Origin: a virus
Virus record (IMG/VR): IMGVR_UViG_3300034082_004296
Span: 64,001-128,000 of that record
DNA: 64,000 bases
Strand: one strand, 5' to 3'
In this document: positions 9,585 through 19,417 of the stretch, one piece after another
Layout of the letters: each line of letters starts with the position of its first letter
How positions within the stretch are numbered: the first letter of the stretch is position 1
Program-made: the position numbers and the translations under genes
The notes under the pieces: generated by a model
The model's input: the letters and a program-made list of their open reading frames with translations, nothing else
Told to the model about the DNA's origin: nothing
Databases searched by the model: none

Positions 9585-10717
9585 TGGATAAAGTATTTGA
9601 AAAGGCGTATTCTGATGAGGCTAGCTCAAAGGATGGAGGTTTCATCTTTCAAGCAATCCTAAACTATGACCTGTCCTGGTCAATAGTCAATGGCGAGACT
9701 GCACTCGATCAAAAAAATATCCAAGGTTGGCTTAAGCAAGTAGATGTTTTTCCAGATATGCGGTTTGAAGAGGGCCATGCCACTCTTACCTATGTTATCT
9801 TAAGTGAAGTAAATCTACTTAAAAGAAAGTTTGAGCTTGCGAGCGAGGCAATCAAGAGATTACTTAATCCAGATTATGCTCGAGAAATGGACGGTTTACC
9901 TGCTGAAGTGACACCGGAAGAAGAGACACCAAAACCGGTCGAGACCGACATAACTGACGACGATTGGAACAATCTCTTACCATCTGGTCCAAATCCACCA
10001 TTGGGATTACCTGAGCCACAAAAGAGAATTGGTCAAGGCCAAGTAGCTTTGCCTTCGGGCCCATCTGCTCCACTAGGTCTTCCGCCAGCAACTTCTGAAT
10101 CAAGAGTAAATGAGGTTCTTTTTACTACAAAGTTGACTTCTGCTCAAATCAAGGCGATTAATGACAAGTACTTTAGCAACACTCACTATGAGGTAAGGTT
10201 CACAGTAGATCGAATGGTCCTACGTGAGGTCTCAACCAGTGGACTTGATACGGGTTCTCCCAATGTGACACTTAAACTTTCTACAGGTATGGTGGACACG
10301 CTTGATGGAAAAGCAATCAATAGCTGGGACGGATTTAAGGTAAAGGTATCGGGTAAAAACACTCTAATTAATAATGAGTCGCTGTTGATAGACAACACGA
10401 CTGAACCCAAGATCTCAGAAATAATGGTATATGACCCTATTGAAAACGTGAATGAACTTATCTTTAGGACTATCCTACCTTCTTTAGTATTGGAATTTAA
10501 GGGAGACCGTGTACAAATAGATAACTATTCAAACCGCTCTTCACAAGTATCTATACGATCTAACATTGATTTTGAAAACTTATTTAATATTGAGGAGGCA
10601 CCCGCCTCTGAGATAGTAGACACAGAAGAGGGAGAGGAACCTGAAGAGGAGAATACTGAAGAAACTCAGGAACCAACTACACCCGAACAAAATATTGCTC
10701 CAAAGCAAAATAAATAA
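9584..10717 (+). CDS. Hypothetical late/virion-associated protein
   Basis: 377-aa ORF with Pro-rich linker and acidic tail, in a late operon before the tail tube. Confidence 0.6.
   Translation: MDKVFEKAYSDEASSKDGGFIFQAILNYDLSWSIVNGETALDQKNIQGWLKQVDVFPDMRFEEGHATLTYVILSEVNLLKRKFELASEAIKRLLNPDYAREMDGLPAEVTPEEETPKPVETDITDDDWNNLLPSGPNPPLGLPEPQKRIGQGQVALPSGPSAPLGLPPATSESRVNEVLFTTKLTSAQIKAINDKYFSNTHYEVRFTVDRMVLREVSTSGLDTGSPNVTLKLSTGMVDTLDGKAINSWDGFKVKVSGKNTLINNESLLIDNTTEPKISEIMVYDPIENVNELIFRTILPSLVLEFKGDRVQIDNYSNRSSQVSIRSNIDFENLFNIEEAPASEIVDTEEGEEPEEENTEETQEPTTPEQNIAPKQNK
10709..10717 (+). promoter_or_regulatory. Late promoter motif AATAAATAA
   Basis: 19 nt before the tail tube ATG. Confidence 0.65.
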
Positions 10718-10736
10718 CTAAAATAATCGATACACA

Positions 10737-11312
10737 ATGGCAGGTTTACCATATTGGACCAACTCAGTCGCAGCTCGAGAATACTACGAACCGATCTATA
10801 AGAATCAGTTTGAGGTGATCTTGAACCCACCGGCAGTAATCTCTGGTAGCAATGTAGCTCTTTTAGTGGAGCACGTGACCGAGATTTCAGGTCTGCCTGA
10901 AATAAATTCTAACGGGACTCTAGTTGAACAGTCTTACAAGTTCGCTAAAAGATCCTTTGCTGGAGGAATCCCAGACACTACAACTGCTGACTTAACTATT
11001 AAATTTACAGTCAACTTAAATGAAGAAAATGACGCATATGTCTATAATATCCTTAGGGCATGGAACGATATCGTTTACAATCCTCAAACGGGTAGTCAAG
11101 GACTAAAAAGAGACTATGTAGGTTCAATGTCAGTACACGTTGCAAACAAGACTGGTGAGATCTTTAGAGAATGGAACTTTCCAGTGATCATTCCAAATGA
11201 TAAACTGACTGAACTCTCTTTAAATTACACTGAAAATGGAATCTATGACGTAACGATGAAATATAGAGCAGACTACTGGGTTGAAACTAGAGTAGGTCAG
11301 ATTAACGTATAA
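10737..11312 (+). CDS. Tail tube protein (T4 gp19-like)
   Basis: Size and pattern NQFEV...LPE...F..R.FAG...LTIKF...LRAWNDIVYNPQTG..GLKRDY...DYW; late motif upstream. Confidence 0.8.
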   Translation: MAGLPYWTNSVAAREYYEPIYKNQFEVILNPPAVISGSNVALLVEHVTEISGLPEINSNGTLVEQSYKFAKRSFAGGIPDTTTADLTIKFTVNLNEENDAYVYNILRAWNDIVYNPQTGSQGLKRDYVGSMSVHVANKTGEIFREWNFPVIIPNDKLTELSLNYTENGIYDVTMKYRADYWVETRVGQINV

Positions 11313-11327
11313 AAAATCGAGATAAAA

Positions 11328-12032
11328 ATGGAAATGTTTAACACACATCGTCGAGATATCCTAAATTTCGATAACTATATGGATCTTAAGAAACCAGGAT
11401 TCGGAGGACCTAAATCTGCAATCGAATTACGGGATGCTCGAGGTAATATGAATGATCGCGATCCTAAACTTAAAGGATTTAGACGAACTGTTGAGAGAGA
11501 CCCTGCTTTTTCTCACCCTGTATACGACCCTACGTACAAGGCAATGACTGGCGATCTTGTTTATCGACAAGAAAAAAAGAAGCCGTTTACGTATGATGAT
11601 CGAATCACTGGAATTCCAGTTGTAGAGATCGAACCAGTAGAAGAGGGAAGAGCCTATTCTTCATTTACCCGATTCATTAATGAAGAAGTAGAAGATGAGT
11701 TAGAAGACGAATTGGATGCTGAATTAGAAGATGAGTTAGAAGATGAGTTAGAAGACAATCAATATGCTGAATTAGAAAATGATTATGAAGAGAGTGACTC
11801 AGATGATTGGAACGAAGATGAATATCGTCAGGAGGCAACTGCTTTCAATAATACTATGTCAGACCTGCGTAGCATAGAGGCTATGCTTCGAGGATTTGAA
11901 AACGGAGAAAACTTTGATGATGAAGAGGAAGACTTTGGTACAAACCCATTAGAAGACGAGGAGAGTCCGTTTGGAGAGATACCCGACTGGGTAAAGGAGC
12001 TTCAAGCTCCAGAAGATTCTGAAGGATATTAA
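11328..12032 (+). CDS. Highly acidic late protein (prohead core/internal-protein-like)
   Basis: ILNFDNYM and internal YSSFTRFINEE motifs; very Asp/Glu-rich C-terminal half. Confidence 0.55.
   Translation: MEMFNTHRRDILNFDNYMDLKKPGFGGPKSAIELRDARGNMNDRDPKLKGFRRTVERDPAFSHPVYDPTYKAMTGDLVYRQEKKKPFTYDDRITGIPVVEIEPVEEGRAYSSFTRFINEEVEDELEDELDAELEDELEDELEDNQYAELENDYEESDSDDWNEDEYRQEATAFNNTMSDLRSIEAMLRGFENGENFDDEEEDFGTNPLEDEESPFGEIPDWVKELQAPEDSEGY
11691..11756 (+). repeat. Imperfect 12-bp coding tandem repeat (GAAGATGAGTTA) encoding EDEL units
   Basis: gaagatgagtta gaagacgaattg gatgctgaatta gaagatgagtta gaagatgagtta gaagac. Confidence 0.75.
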
Positions 12033-12035
12033 TCG

Positions 12036-12066
12036 AAAACCTCATAGCAATATGAGGTTTTTTGTT
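12036..12066. terminator. Intrinsic terminator between convergent genes
   Basis: AAAACCTCATA-GCAA-TATGAGGTTTT with GNRA loop and T run. Confidence 0.85.
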
Positions 12067-12465
12067 TTATATAGTTATAGTTGAGACCAAATCAAGTGGT
12101 AATTCTAGTGGATCTGCATCATTTAAGGTGGATATTATTCCATAACTAAATTCAAACTCAGGATACTCATTAGTGATAAAGTCGATTGTGTTTAAAACTA
12201 CTGATGCAGAAAGATTGGAGTTTAGGTATATTATCCTACTGTATTTTTCGTTCTTGACATTAATTGCCTTATCTAAAAGTTTCTTAATCTCATAATTTAA
12301 TAAAAAAGACTGCACCTTATTTGGAACAATAAACTTTGTACTAAACTTGTCCTTAATCAGCTTACTCACGTTTAGGATGTAATCGCTACGATCCTTTCGA
12401 TTAAATGTCAGGATAAAGCTCTTATAGTCTTTAACAAAAACAATTGATACTTTTCTCTTTTCCAT
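12067..12465 (-). CDS. Hypothetical protein
   Basis: 132-aa ORF in an operon with dCMP deaminase. Confidence 0.6.
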   Translation of the reverse strand: MEKRKVSIVFVKDYKSFILTFNRKDRSDYILNVSKLIKDKFSTKFIVPNKVQSFLLNYEIKKLLDKAINVKNEKYSRIIYLNSNLSASVVLNTIDFITNEYPEFEFSYGIISTLNDADPLELPLDLVSTITI

Positions 12466-12466
12466 T

Positions 12467-12886
12467 CTATATGTCTAGTTTTACAACGTCAATATTTGCA
12501 GCACGCAATATTGTGATTCCAGAAACATCTCGATATGTCTCACGATAAATTACAAGCTTGATTCCTGCCTGGATTATTAGTTTTGAGCACTCCTTACATG
12601 GAGAATAGGTCACATAGAGTGTAGCACCTTCTGTGCTTTGAGTGGATCGAGTCACCTTCATCATTGCATTGGCCTCAGCGTGTAATACATACCAATTAGT
12701 GTCTCCGTTTGCATCTTCACAATCGTTTGGAAAACCCTTAGGCGTGCCGTTAAATCCGTCTGAAATAATGGTACCGTCCTTAACGATTAGAGCACCGACT
12801 TTTTTACGTTTACAACAAGAAAGATTGGACCATTCTGTGGCCATCTTCAAGTAGGTAATATGATATTTAAGATCCTTGTTCGTCAT
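12467..12886 (-). CDS. dCMP deaminase (ComEB-like)
   Basis: SCCKRKKVGA, GFNGTP, HAEANA, SPCKECSK zinc motifs. Confidence 0.93.
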   Translation of the reverse strand: MTNKDLKYHITYLKMATEWSNLSCCKRKKVGALIVKDGTIISDGFNGTPKGFPNDCEDANGDTNWYVLHAEANAMMKVTRSTQSTEGATLYVTYSPCKECSKLIIQAGIKLVIYRETYRDVSGITILRAANIDVVKLDI

Positions 12887-13082
12887 TCTTTTCTTTGGGT
12901 TTAACGATACTGTCCGGTGTAAGAGAATAAACTATCGTGACTATTCCTACCCATTGTGGATAAGAGATGACTGATCTAAATACTTTATCTAGACTAGTCC
13001 ATTCATATATGAAATCACAGAGCAAGGAAATTACTAGTAATTTGATGGCTGTTCCAATTATTGATACTATTGCTTTTTTCAC
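12867..13082 (-). CDS. Small membrane protein
   Basis: Two hydrophobic segments; overlaps both neighbours. Confidence 0.55.
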   Translation of the reverse strand: MKKAIVSIIGTAIKLLVISLLCDFIYEWTSLDKVFRSVISYPQWVGIVTIVYSLTPDSIVKPKEKNDEQGS

Positions 13083-13948
13083 AGGTTTACGTTTTTAAGA
13101 ATCCAATCATATAGCGGATCAGGTAAGTCAGTTGGCTCATCTTGTCCATCAAAGAGAGATACGAAATTAGAGGTTGGTGTACCGATTATGTTAATTAGAT
13201 CTAGATCGACTTTAGGAATCTCTAAGGGCTCAAACTTACGAGTAATCATCTTCTTTGCGATCTCAAAATGACGCTCGTAGATATGAGAAGAGTTAGCGAT
13301 ATGCGTATATGTACCTAACTCTAATTCAGGATATCCTGCATGGTGACGAAGATGGTTCAGCATCTGCGATTGTAGGATAGCAAAGAATGCAATATCTGTA
13401 GGAAGTCCCAAGATCACATCATTGCTGCGCATGCTCACAGTAAGGTTAAGCTTATTATTTCTGATCTGAAAGATTCCATACATTGTACATACAAAATCCT
13501 TATTTCCTTGTCTCTGATGGGTAGGCAGGTTAAAGTGCAGGACAGCCTGTCGTGAATCCTTGTCTTGAGCTAATGATTCAAGTGCCCATTGATATTGAGT
13601 AAAACCGTGTTCATTCTGGTTATTAAATAGCAGATTGCCGTATGAAGAGTTTACAGTATCATCTTCATTTTTAATAGATTCCCAAAACTTTGCGTATTTT
13701 GCGATATATTCAACATCATTTCTACCCATAAAATACCATAGAAATTCTGCAGCAATATACTTGGATTGAGAAGACCTAAACTCGTTTCTATAGAGACACG
13801 AAAGAGGATCTTCAATCACCAATGCTACATCACACATTTCATTGATCCTCATGTCCCGAGGCTGAGTCACATATTCTGGACTAGTCATCAATTCATGTAA
13901 GAGTTCTTCGTATGCGGCAGCAAAGGAATTTGCTTGAATTATTACCAT
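13079..13948 (-). CDS. Thymidylate-synthase-superfamily enzyme, dCMP hydroxymethylase (T4 gp42)-like
   Basis: VNSSYG, DKDSRQAV, DFVCT, MRSNDVILGLPTD (Asp at the specificity position), HIYERHF. Confidence 0.75.
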   Translation of the reverse strand: MVIIQANSFAAAYEELLHELMTSPEYVTQPRDMRINEMCDVALVIEDPLSCLYRNEFRSSQSKYIAAEFLWYFMGRNDVEYIAKYAKFWESIKNEDDTVNSSYGNLLFNNQNEHGFTQYQWALESLAQDKDSRQAVLHFNLPTHQRQGNKDFVCTMYGIFQIRNNKLNLTVSMRSNDVILGLPTDIAFFAILQSQMLNHLRHHAGYPELELGTYTHIANSSHIYERHFEIAKKMITRKFEPLEIPKVDLDLINIIGTPTSNFVSLFDGQDEPTDLPDPLYDWILKNVNL

Positions 13949-13963
13949 AACTTAGTTTTTATT

Positions 13964-13990
13964 TTTATACATGTTACTTTTAAAAAGTTT
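13964..13990 (-). promoter_or_regulatory. Putative early/middle promoter AAAC-N16-GTATAA
   Basis: Minus strand AAAC TTTTTAAAAGTAACAT GTATAAA, 15 nt before the ATG. Confidence 0.6.
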
Positions 13991-14041
13991 CGATTTTTAA
14001 ATAAAACTTTGCTAGCATCATACAATGTATAACTAGTTTGA

Positions 14042-15709
14042 CTAAATTTTAATTATTTCCATTTCTGAGAAATGATCCTTCTGATTTACTAATATTCGAT
14101 GATCAAAAAGTTCTTCAGGTAGAGATTCATGAGAAACAACAAAGATTGTCATATTATATTTGGTTGAATACTCTTTAAGGATTGATATTGCACGATAAAC
14201 ATTTGTCTTATCTAAAGAACTAAAGATTTCATCAAGAAACATTACGTTCATGGTGCTGTGCTTCATTTTAATTATTTCAATAAACGCAAGCAATACAATA
14301 AGGTTCATCTTTTTTCGCTGCCCACTGGATAAACTCTCAGGAGAGATTTGCATTCCTAAATAAGTAATATGTGGATCAAACTCATTATCGAATTCAAATG
14401 AAAACTTAAATTCTAATTTTTCAGAGATCTCAAGAATCCTAGCATTTAGGGTAGGAATAATTCGGTCAATCATATCACGTTTGATTCCATTTTCAGATAG
14501 AAGATCATCTAAACTTAGTGAAACTGATCTGGTAGAATTTAACTTATCGATTGCGTGTGAATCCTCGCCTATTTGATCCTCTAAGCTCTTAATTATCCCA
14601 GAGATAGAAGATATTTCTTCTGATCCATCATTCTCCTGAGCAGCCTCTAGTGAGGACTCTAAAGCTTGTAATTCAGCCTTCTTATTGAAATAATTAGAAT
14701 CAATATCACCCCGATCTAATAATAATGAAGTTAAGCTCTCATTGATCTCATCAGCTAATTTTTTCTTATTAACTAGTGATTCTTTTAATTTAGTAATCTT
14801 CTCTTCGATCTTTTCTTTTATCTCGATTGAAGAATCAGATTTTAAATCATTAAGACAGTGAGGACATCGGTTTTTAGCGTATATTGTGAGTCGGTTCGAT
14901 AAGTCTCTAATCTCTGAATTTATTGTAATAACCTCCTCTTGAGCGGCTTTATTTGTCTTGGTTTGAGAATCAATTTTATCTTTAAGTTTAGTCTTTAAGA
15001 CTAGAGCTGCAGATACTTCTACCTTTTTATTGGTGATATCAAGGGTAAGCTTATCAGTAAGAGCCTCCTTCTTTTTGCTCAGTCTCTCTTTTAGTGCCTC
15101 AAGTTGAGCTTCATAAGTTTCTAAATTAGATTGACTGCTTTTTAGAGTAGCTGAGTGAATATCAAGATCAGATTTATTTTCCTTCAATTCCTCCTTTACT
15201 CTACTCCGCATATCAGAAAGAATATCAATTCCAAATATTCGATCAACAATTTTTCGTTTATCATCTTTGCTTAGATTTACAAATGATTTAAAATCATCAA
15301 ATGAAAGACTAATAGTATTACAAAAAACTGAAAATGGAATACGTGAAAGTTCCTCTTCAATAAACTCATCGACTTTTCTCTTATCTGGTAGATTAAATTG
15401 AGAGCCGTTTATTTTAATATCACTAAAGTTTGGATCAATTCCTCTGTCAAGCTCAACAATCTCACCAGAGTTGGTAACAAACTTTACGTTAGTATAGGCA
15501 TTTCGATTTATCCAATTTGGGATATCTTTCATTTTACGAATAGCCGAACGTCCATATATTGAGACGGTCAGCGCTTCTTTAATTGAAGATTTACCTGCAC
15601 CATTTTCTCCCTCAACTAGGATTAGTCCTGGTTTATCGTCAAACTTAAATGTTTGTAACATATTACCATAAGATAATATGTTTCTATATGAAAATTCTAT
15701 TAGTCTCAT
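14042..15709 (-). CDS. SbcC/Rad50-like recombination ATPase (gp46)
   Basis: GENGAGKSS, coiled coil with CPHC zinc hook, LSSGQ signature, FLDEIFSSLD, VSH. Confidence 0.93.
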   Translation of the reverse strand: MRLIEFSYRNILSYGNMLQTFKFDDKPGLILVEGENGAGKSSIKEALTVSIYGRSAIRKMKDIPNWINRNAYTNVKFVTNSGEIVELDRGIDPNFSDIKINGSQFNLPDKRKVDEFIEEELSRIPFSVFCNTISLSFDDFKSFVNLSKDDKRKIVDRIFGIDILSDMRSRVKEELKENKSDLDIHSATLKSSQSNLETYEAQLEALKERLSKKKEALTDKLTLDITNKKVEVSAALVLKTKLKDKIDSQTKTNKAAQEEVITINSEIRDLSNRLTIYAKNRCPHCLNDLKSDSSIEIKEKIEEKITKLKESLVNKKKLADEINESLTSLLLDRGDIDSNYFNKKAELQALESSLEAAQENDGSEEISSISGIIKSLEDQIGEDSHAIDKLNSTRSVSLSLDDLLSENGIKRDMIDRIIPTLNARILEISEKLEFKFSFEFDNEFDPHITYLGMQISPESLSSGQRKKMNLIVLLAFIEIIKMKHSTMNVMFLDEIFSSLDKTNVYRAISILKEYSTKYNMTIFVVSHESLPEELFDHRILVNQKDHFSEMEIIKI

Positions 15710-16818
15710 TAATCGTATTGTTTGGTGTTTCTCAAAGAATCGTAGATTTCTTTAAAACGGTCTACTATTTTTTGAGACTGATGTGATGGAAGATTCATTA
15801 TCTTTATTCTCTCATCAAGTAGAGTAAAGATATTATATTCATAATTTGAATCTATTTCAATATCGCTCTTTTCTCTTAATTGATCCTTTGAATAAGAGCC
15901 TAATTCAAGACGACGATGTCCATAATCTTTTACAAGTTCAGTAAATTGAGATATTGGAAACTTTTTTGAAAATTCAGATTCTATTAAAACATCAATAAAA
16001 TTATTATTGAAGAGTTCACGAATATCTTCAGGAGTCTCATTTAATAGCTCAAAGATATCAAATTTTAGATGTTTTGGAGAAAAGTGATTTGGCACAAATT
16101 TTTCTTGTACTTCTTTTCCACTAACATCTAATACGTAGAAACCTTTAGTGTTTCCTCGATCTCCTCTATCCATTTCATATGGAGTTCCAACATAGAGAAC
16201 ATTTCCTTTTTCTTGGCGAATATGAATATGTCCAGAATAAATTCTAGAGAATGATTGGATATCTTCCGGTTCTAGGCCATGCTCAAGCTTTTGAACTTTA
16301 TTAAAGTTAAATCCTTTAAAATCAGTATGGCAAAATACGTATCTAGCTGAGATATTCTTTTGAATTTGAGCTTTAAGTTCAGGTAGATTCTCAATCCACG
16401 GTAACATTAGAAACTTATGAGAATTTATCGATAATATTTCCGGTTTTGAGTATACTTGGAAATTAGGATATATTTTATCAAATCCTTCTAGTGAATGAGT
16501 ATCAGTTCGATCTTTATAGTATACGTCATGGTTACCAAGAATTACAAAGACTCCTCTTTTAAATTTTTTAGTAAGTACTTCAGCTATCTTTAGGGATAGT
16601 TTATAGATACGTACATTAGTAGATTCCCTAACGTGATTCCAATCACCAACTTGGACAAGTATATCTGTTTCTGGATTAAATCCTTCTTCATCAATCATTT
16701 TAATAAAATGATCAATTAGATATTGACTTTGAATTTCAGACCATTCAACTGAATTGTTTCGTATACCTAGGTGAAGATCACCAAGTACAAATATTTTTCG
16801 AATATTGTCTAATTTCAT
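15709..16818 (-). CDS. SbcD/Mre11-like nuclease (gp47)
   Basis: GDLHLG, GDWNH, GNHD, GHIH metallophosphoesterase motifs; coupled to gp46. Confidence 0.93.
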   Translation of the reverse strand: MKLDNIRKIFVLGDLHLGIRNNSVEWSEIQSQYLIDHFIKMIDEEGFNPETDILVQVGDWNHVRESTNVRIYKLSLKIAEVLTKKFKRGVFVILGNHDVYYKDRTDTHSLEGFDKIYPNFQVYSKPEILSINSHKFLMLPWIENLPELKAQIQKNISARYVFCHTDFKGFNFNKVQKLEHGLEPEDIQSFSRIYSGHIHIRQEKGNVLYVGTPYEMDRGDRGNTKGFYVLDVSGKEVQEKFVPNHFSPKHLKFDIFELLNETPEDIRELFNNNFIDVLIESEFSKKFPISQFTELVKDYGHRRLELGSYSKDQLREKSDIEIDSNYEYNIFTLLDERIKIMNLPSHQSQKIVDRFKEIYDSLRNTKQYD

Positions 16819-17042
16819 CCTTGAGTTGCTAACTGGTCAATATCTATTACTTTTGAAATACTCGTAAGTTTTGCTAAAAACGCAGTAAGAGCAGCAGGGG
16901 TCGCAAAAGTATAAGTGGTTGGCAGGATTGAGTTAGCATCATAGAACGTTATGTCGGTTGATGAAGTCTGTTCATACCGATATACTTGCTCAAGGTTAAG
17001 ATATACTGATCCACCTGTGTGAGTTAATTTTATCCAAATCAT
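16815..17042 (-). CDS. Hypothetical protein
   Basis: 75-aa ORF coupled on both sides. Confidence 0.55.
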   Translation of the reverse strand: MIWIKLTHTGGSVYLNLEQVYRYEQTSSTDITFYDANSILPTTYTFATPAALTAFLAKLTSISKVIDIDQLATQG

Positions 17043-17587
17043 TAGTGTATTCTTTTTTTATGCATTTTTCCTTCTAGGAATTGGTATTTTTTATTTAGTT
17101 CAATGATTAGTATTTCCTGAATCTCAGTTTCAAGGGAATCAAAGATCTTTTTATATTCCATTGAAGATATTGAAGAGATTGCTTCTAAAATATAGATTGG
17201 ACTATAGAAAGTAATGCCCTTATTAGTAACGTCCAAGTTTTCATGAACCCTATTAAAAATCAGGTTAATGTCCTCCTTTGAAAATCTTATTTTTGCAACG
17301 GAGGAGTTTTTGTCGGTCAGCTCACTAACATACTTGCTTAATACATCGTCAGTCTTTAAAAAATCAAAGATTATATCAAGTATAAATGAAGATTCGAGCT
17401 GCTCCTCATAATCATAAAGATCCTTTAGATAATTATCGGAATAATCGGAAGATACTGATATCTTTTTTGAAAACTCATACTCATCAGAGTCTCTAAGCTT
17501 GTCTCCATTATAATAACTATTATTAAATATTTTATCTTCTCTTACCTGGTCGTCAGAGTTTTCTTCTGTGAATTCTTCGGTGCTCAT
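17042..17587 (-). CDS. Hypothetical protein
   Basis: 181-aa acidic ORF in the replication operon. Confidence 0.6.
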   Translation of the reverse strand: MSTEEFTEENSDDQVREDKIFNNSYYNGDKLRDSDEYEFSKKISVSSDYSDNYLKDLYDYEEQLESSFILDIIFDFLKTDDVLSKYVSELTDKNSSVAKIRFSKEDINLIFNRVHENLDVTNKGITFYSPIYILEAISSISSMEYKKIFDSLETEIQEILIIELNKKYQFLEGKMHKKRIH

Positions 17588-17601
17588 TCATAAAGATTAT
17601 T

Positions 17602-19086
17602 TTATATTGAATTAAAGAGAGCGTCATAGTCGTCCTCAATTAAGTTTTCATTTACAAACGATGGAGAGGCATTAGTTATTTCAGAGTATTCTGATCTTAA
17701 CTCATCTGCCATTCGACTCACTTCTTCATCGTCGCTATAGAATTCGCTGTTTTGTCCAACTTCTTCAGAAAGTCTAAAGTAGTCCTTATGCATAGTATAA
17801 AACTTGTAACTTTCTTCGTAACCGTTGTCTCTATTCGCAATCACTTTGATTTTCATTCTACTCTCTAATGGACTTCTCATAAGACCAAATAGAGCGTCAA
17901 CTGTGTGGATTAGACCAAATGACTCAGCTACTGAATCCATACCCAAATCAAAGTTGTCAATGTCTTCTCTACGAATCTGAGTAGCACTAATAACACACCA
18001 TTCATTTCGCATAGCAACACCTCTAAGTTCTTCAGAGATTGCTTTGATCTTTTCATATAGGCCGTTTTGAGTGTTGATTGGTTTAAGTAGGTTTAAGTAA
18101 TCAACAACGATGACTTTAAATTTTCGATTCATCTTTTGTTCTAGTCGAACAAAATAATTCTCAATGTCGATTGCAGTTGCGCCACCGGTTGGAAATTCTT
18201 TGATAACAAGTTCACCAATAGTTTGACCTGAAGCCTTAAGTTCATTTATCTTTTTCTCAATTAGCTTAGCTGCATGTTCGTCTGTGATATTAGCATAATC
18301 TTCAGACTTGATGTTTAAAATATTTGAACCGATTCTTTTCATATAGGCACGATCAGCTAATTCTACCGTGACTAGTCCAGTTGCATTTCCAGTCAAGAAT
18401 GATCGAGCTGCAATATTTCCAAGCACCATTGATTTTCCAACCTTTGGTCTACCTTGAAAAACAACTAGCGCTTTTGAATTCCAGCCACCACCCTGTACCT
18501 TATCTAAGAATGGAAATCCAGTAGGACTACCTGATTTAGAAATTTGGATATGGGATTCAGGGTTAAAGAAATTTAAACCAGTATCTGCGCTAGAAAAATT
18601 TAGAGCAAGCTTACTACTAATATCATTTCTGATTTTTTCAGAAATCTTATCAATATTTCCAGGATCAATTGGGGTAGTCTTTAAATAAGTAAGAAGATCA
18701 AATACTGTTAGGTTTAGATTTCTTAGAAGAATAAACGACCTAACGTACTTATAAAGATAATCATAATTGTATTCGGTCAAGTTAAAGGCATATAACTCAT
18801 TAAACTCGTCATCATTTAGATTAACATGAGAAAGATCAAGGTAACTCTTTAATTCCTTTCGGTTTGGAATCTTTTCGTATTCTTTAAAAAACTTAACGGC
18901 TGCCTTAAATGACTCCTGTCGATCATCCTCATTAAAATAGCTAGGCTTCATCATTGTGATTAGCTCTTCTCTTCTTAACGAATCATGATTGGATGGACGT
19001 AGGTCATTTATGTCATTCTCAGAATTAAGAATAAAATTCCAAACCATCTTTTCAAGAGAGTCAATATTTTCTGTAAAATCAATCAT
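17602..19086 (-). CDS. Replicative DnaB-like helicase (T4 gp41-like)
   Basis: PTGFPFLD, GRPKVGKS, IKEFPTG, VVDYLNLL, ATQIRR, VAESFG. Confidence 0.92.
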   Translation of the reverse strand: MIDFTENIDSLEKMVWNFILNSENDINDLRPSNHDSLRREELITMMKPSYFNEDDRQESFKAAVKFFKEYEKIPNRKELKSYLDLSHVNLNDDEFNELYAFNLTEYNYDYLYKYVRSFILLRNLNLTVFDLLTYLKTTPIDPGNIDKISEKIRNDISSKLALNFSSADTGLNFFNPESHIQISKSGSPTGFPFLDKVQGGGWNSKALVVFQGRPKVGKSMVLGNIAARSFLTGNATGLVTVELADRAYMKRIGSNILNIKSEDYANITDEHAAKLIEKKINELKASGQTIGELVIKEFPTGGATAIDIENYFVRLEQKMNRKFKVIVVDYLNLLKPINTQNGLYEKIKAISEELRGVAMRNEWCVISATQIRREDIDNFDLGMDSVAESFGLIHTVDALFGLMRSPLESRMKIKVIANRDNGYEESYKFYTMHKDYFRLSEEVGQNSEFYSDDEEVSRMADELRSEYSEITNASPSFVNENLIEDDYDALFNSI

Positions 19087-19417
19087 TCGTTAAGTAAAAA
19101 TAAGTTAATCCTTTTTTTGTAAAATAGATGAATTCTCCTTGAGTAGTAAGATATTCTTCGTTGATCATCGTCTTTAATGATTTAACTAAGTTTGTCTTAA
19201 AAGTTTCATCTTTTATCCTTTCACCAAAAACGTATTTTAGAGACTTGGATGAAAACTTTATGCCATCCGGGTCAATATCCTTGTCTTTGGAAGCAGCAAC
19301 CCTTATAATGTACTGTAGGATCTCAAAAAGGAGGGTAAACTCATCGCTCAATCCCTCCTCATTATATAAGTTCAGATAATACTTTATCGGTAGATCAGAA
19401 CGTAGATTCATCGTCAT
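19079..19417 (-). CDS. Hypothetical protein between UvsX and helicase
   Basis: 112-aa ORF overlapping both neighbours. Confidence 0.55.
   Translation of the reverse strand: MTMNLRSDLPIKYYLNLYNEEGLSDEFTLLFEILQYIIRVAASKDKDIDPDGIKFSSKSLKYVFGERIKDETFKTNLVKSLKTMINEEYLTTQGEFIYFTKKGLTYFYLTND

Noticed and set aside
11691-11756. Possible CRISPR or VNTR array
   Set aside because: In-frame 12-bp coding repeat without spacers; no CRISPR array, tRNA or IS was recognised elsewhere.
13079-13948. Canonical thyA call
   Set aside because: Has Asp rather than Asn at the specificity position and gp42-like motifs, so no gene symbol was assigned.
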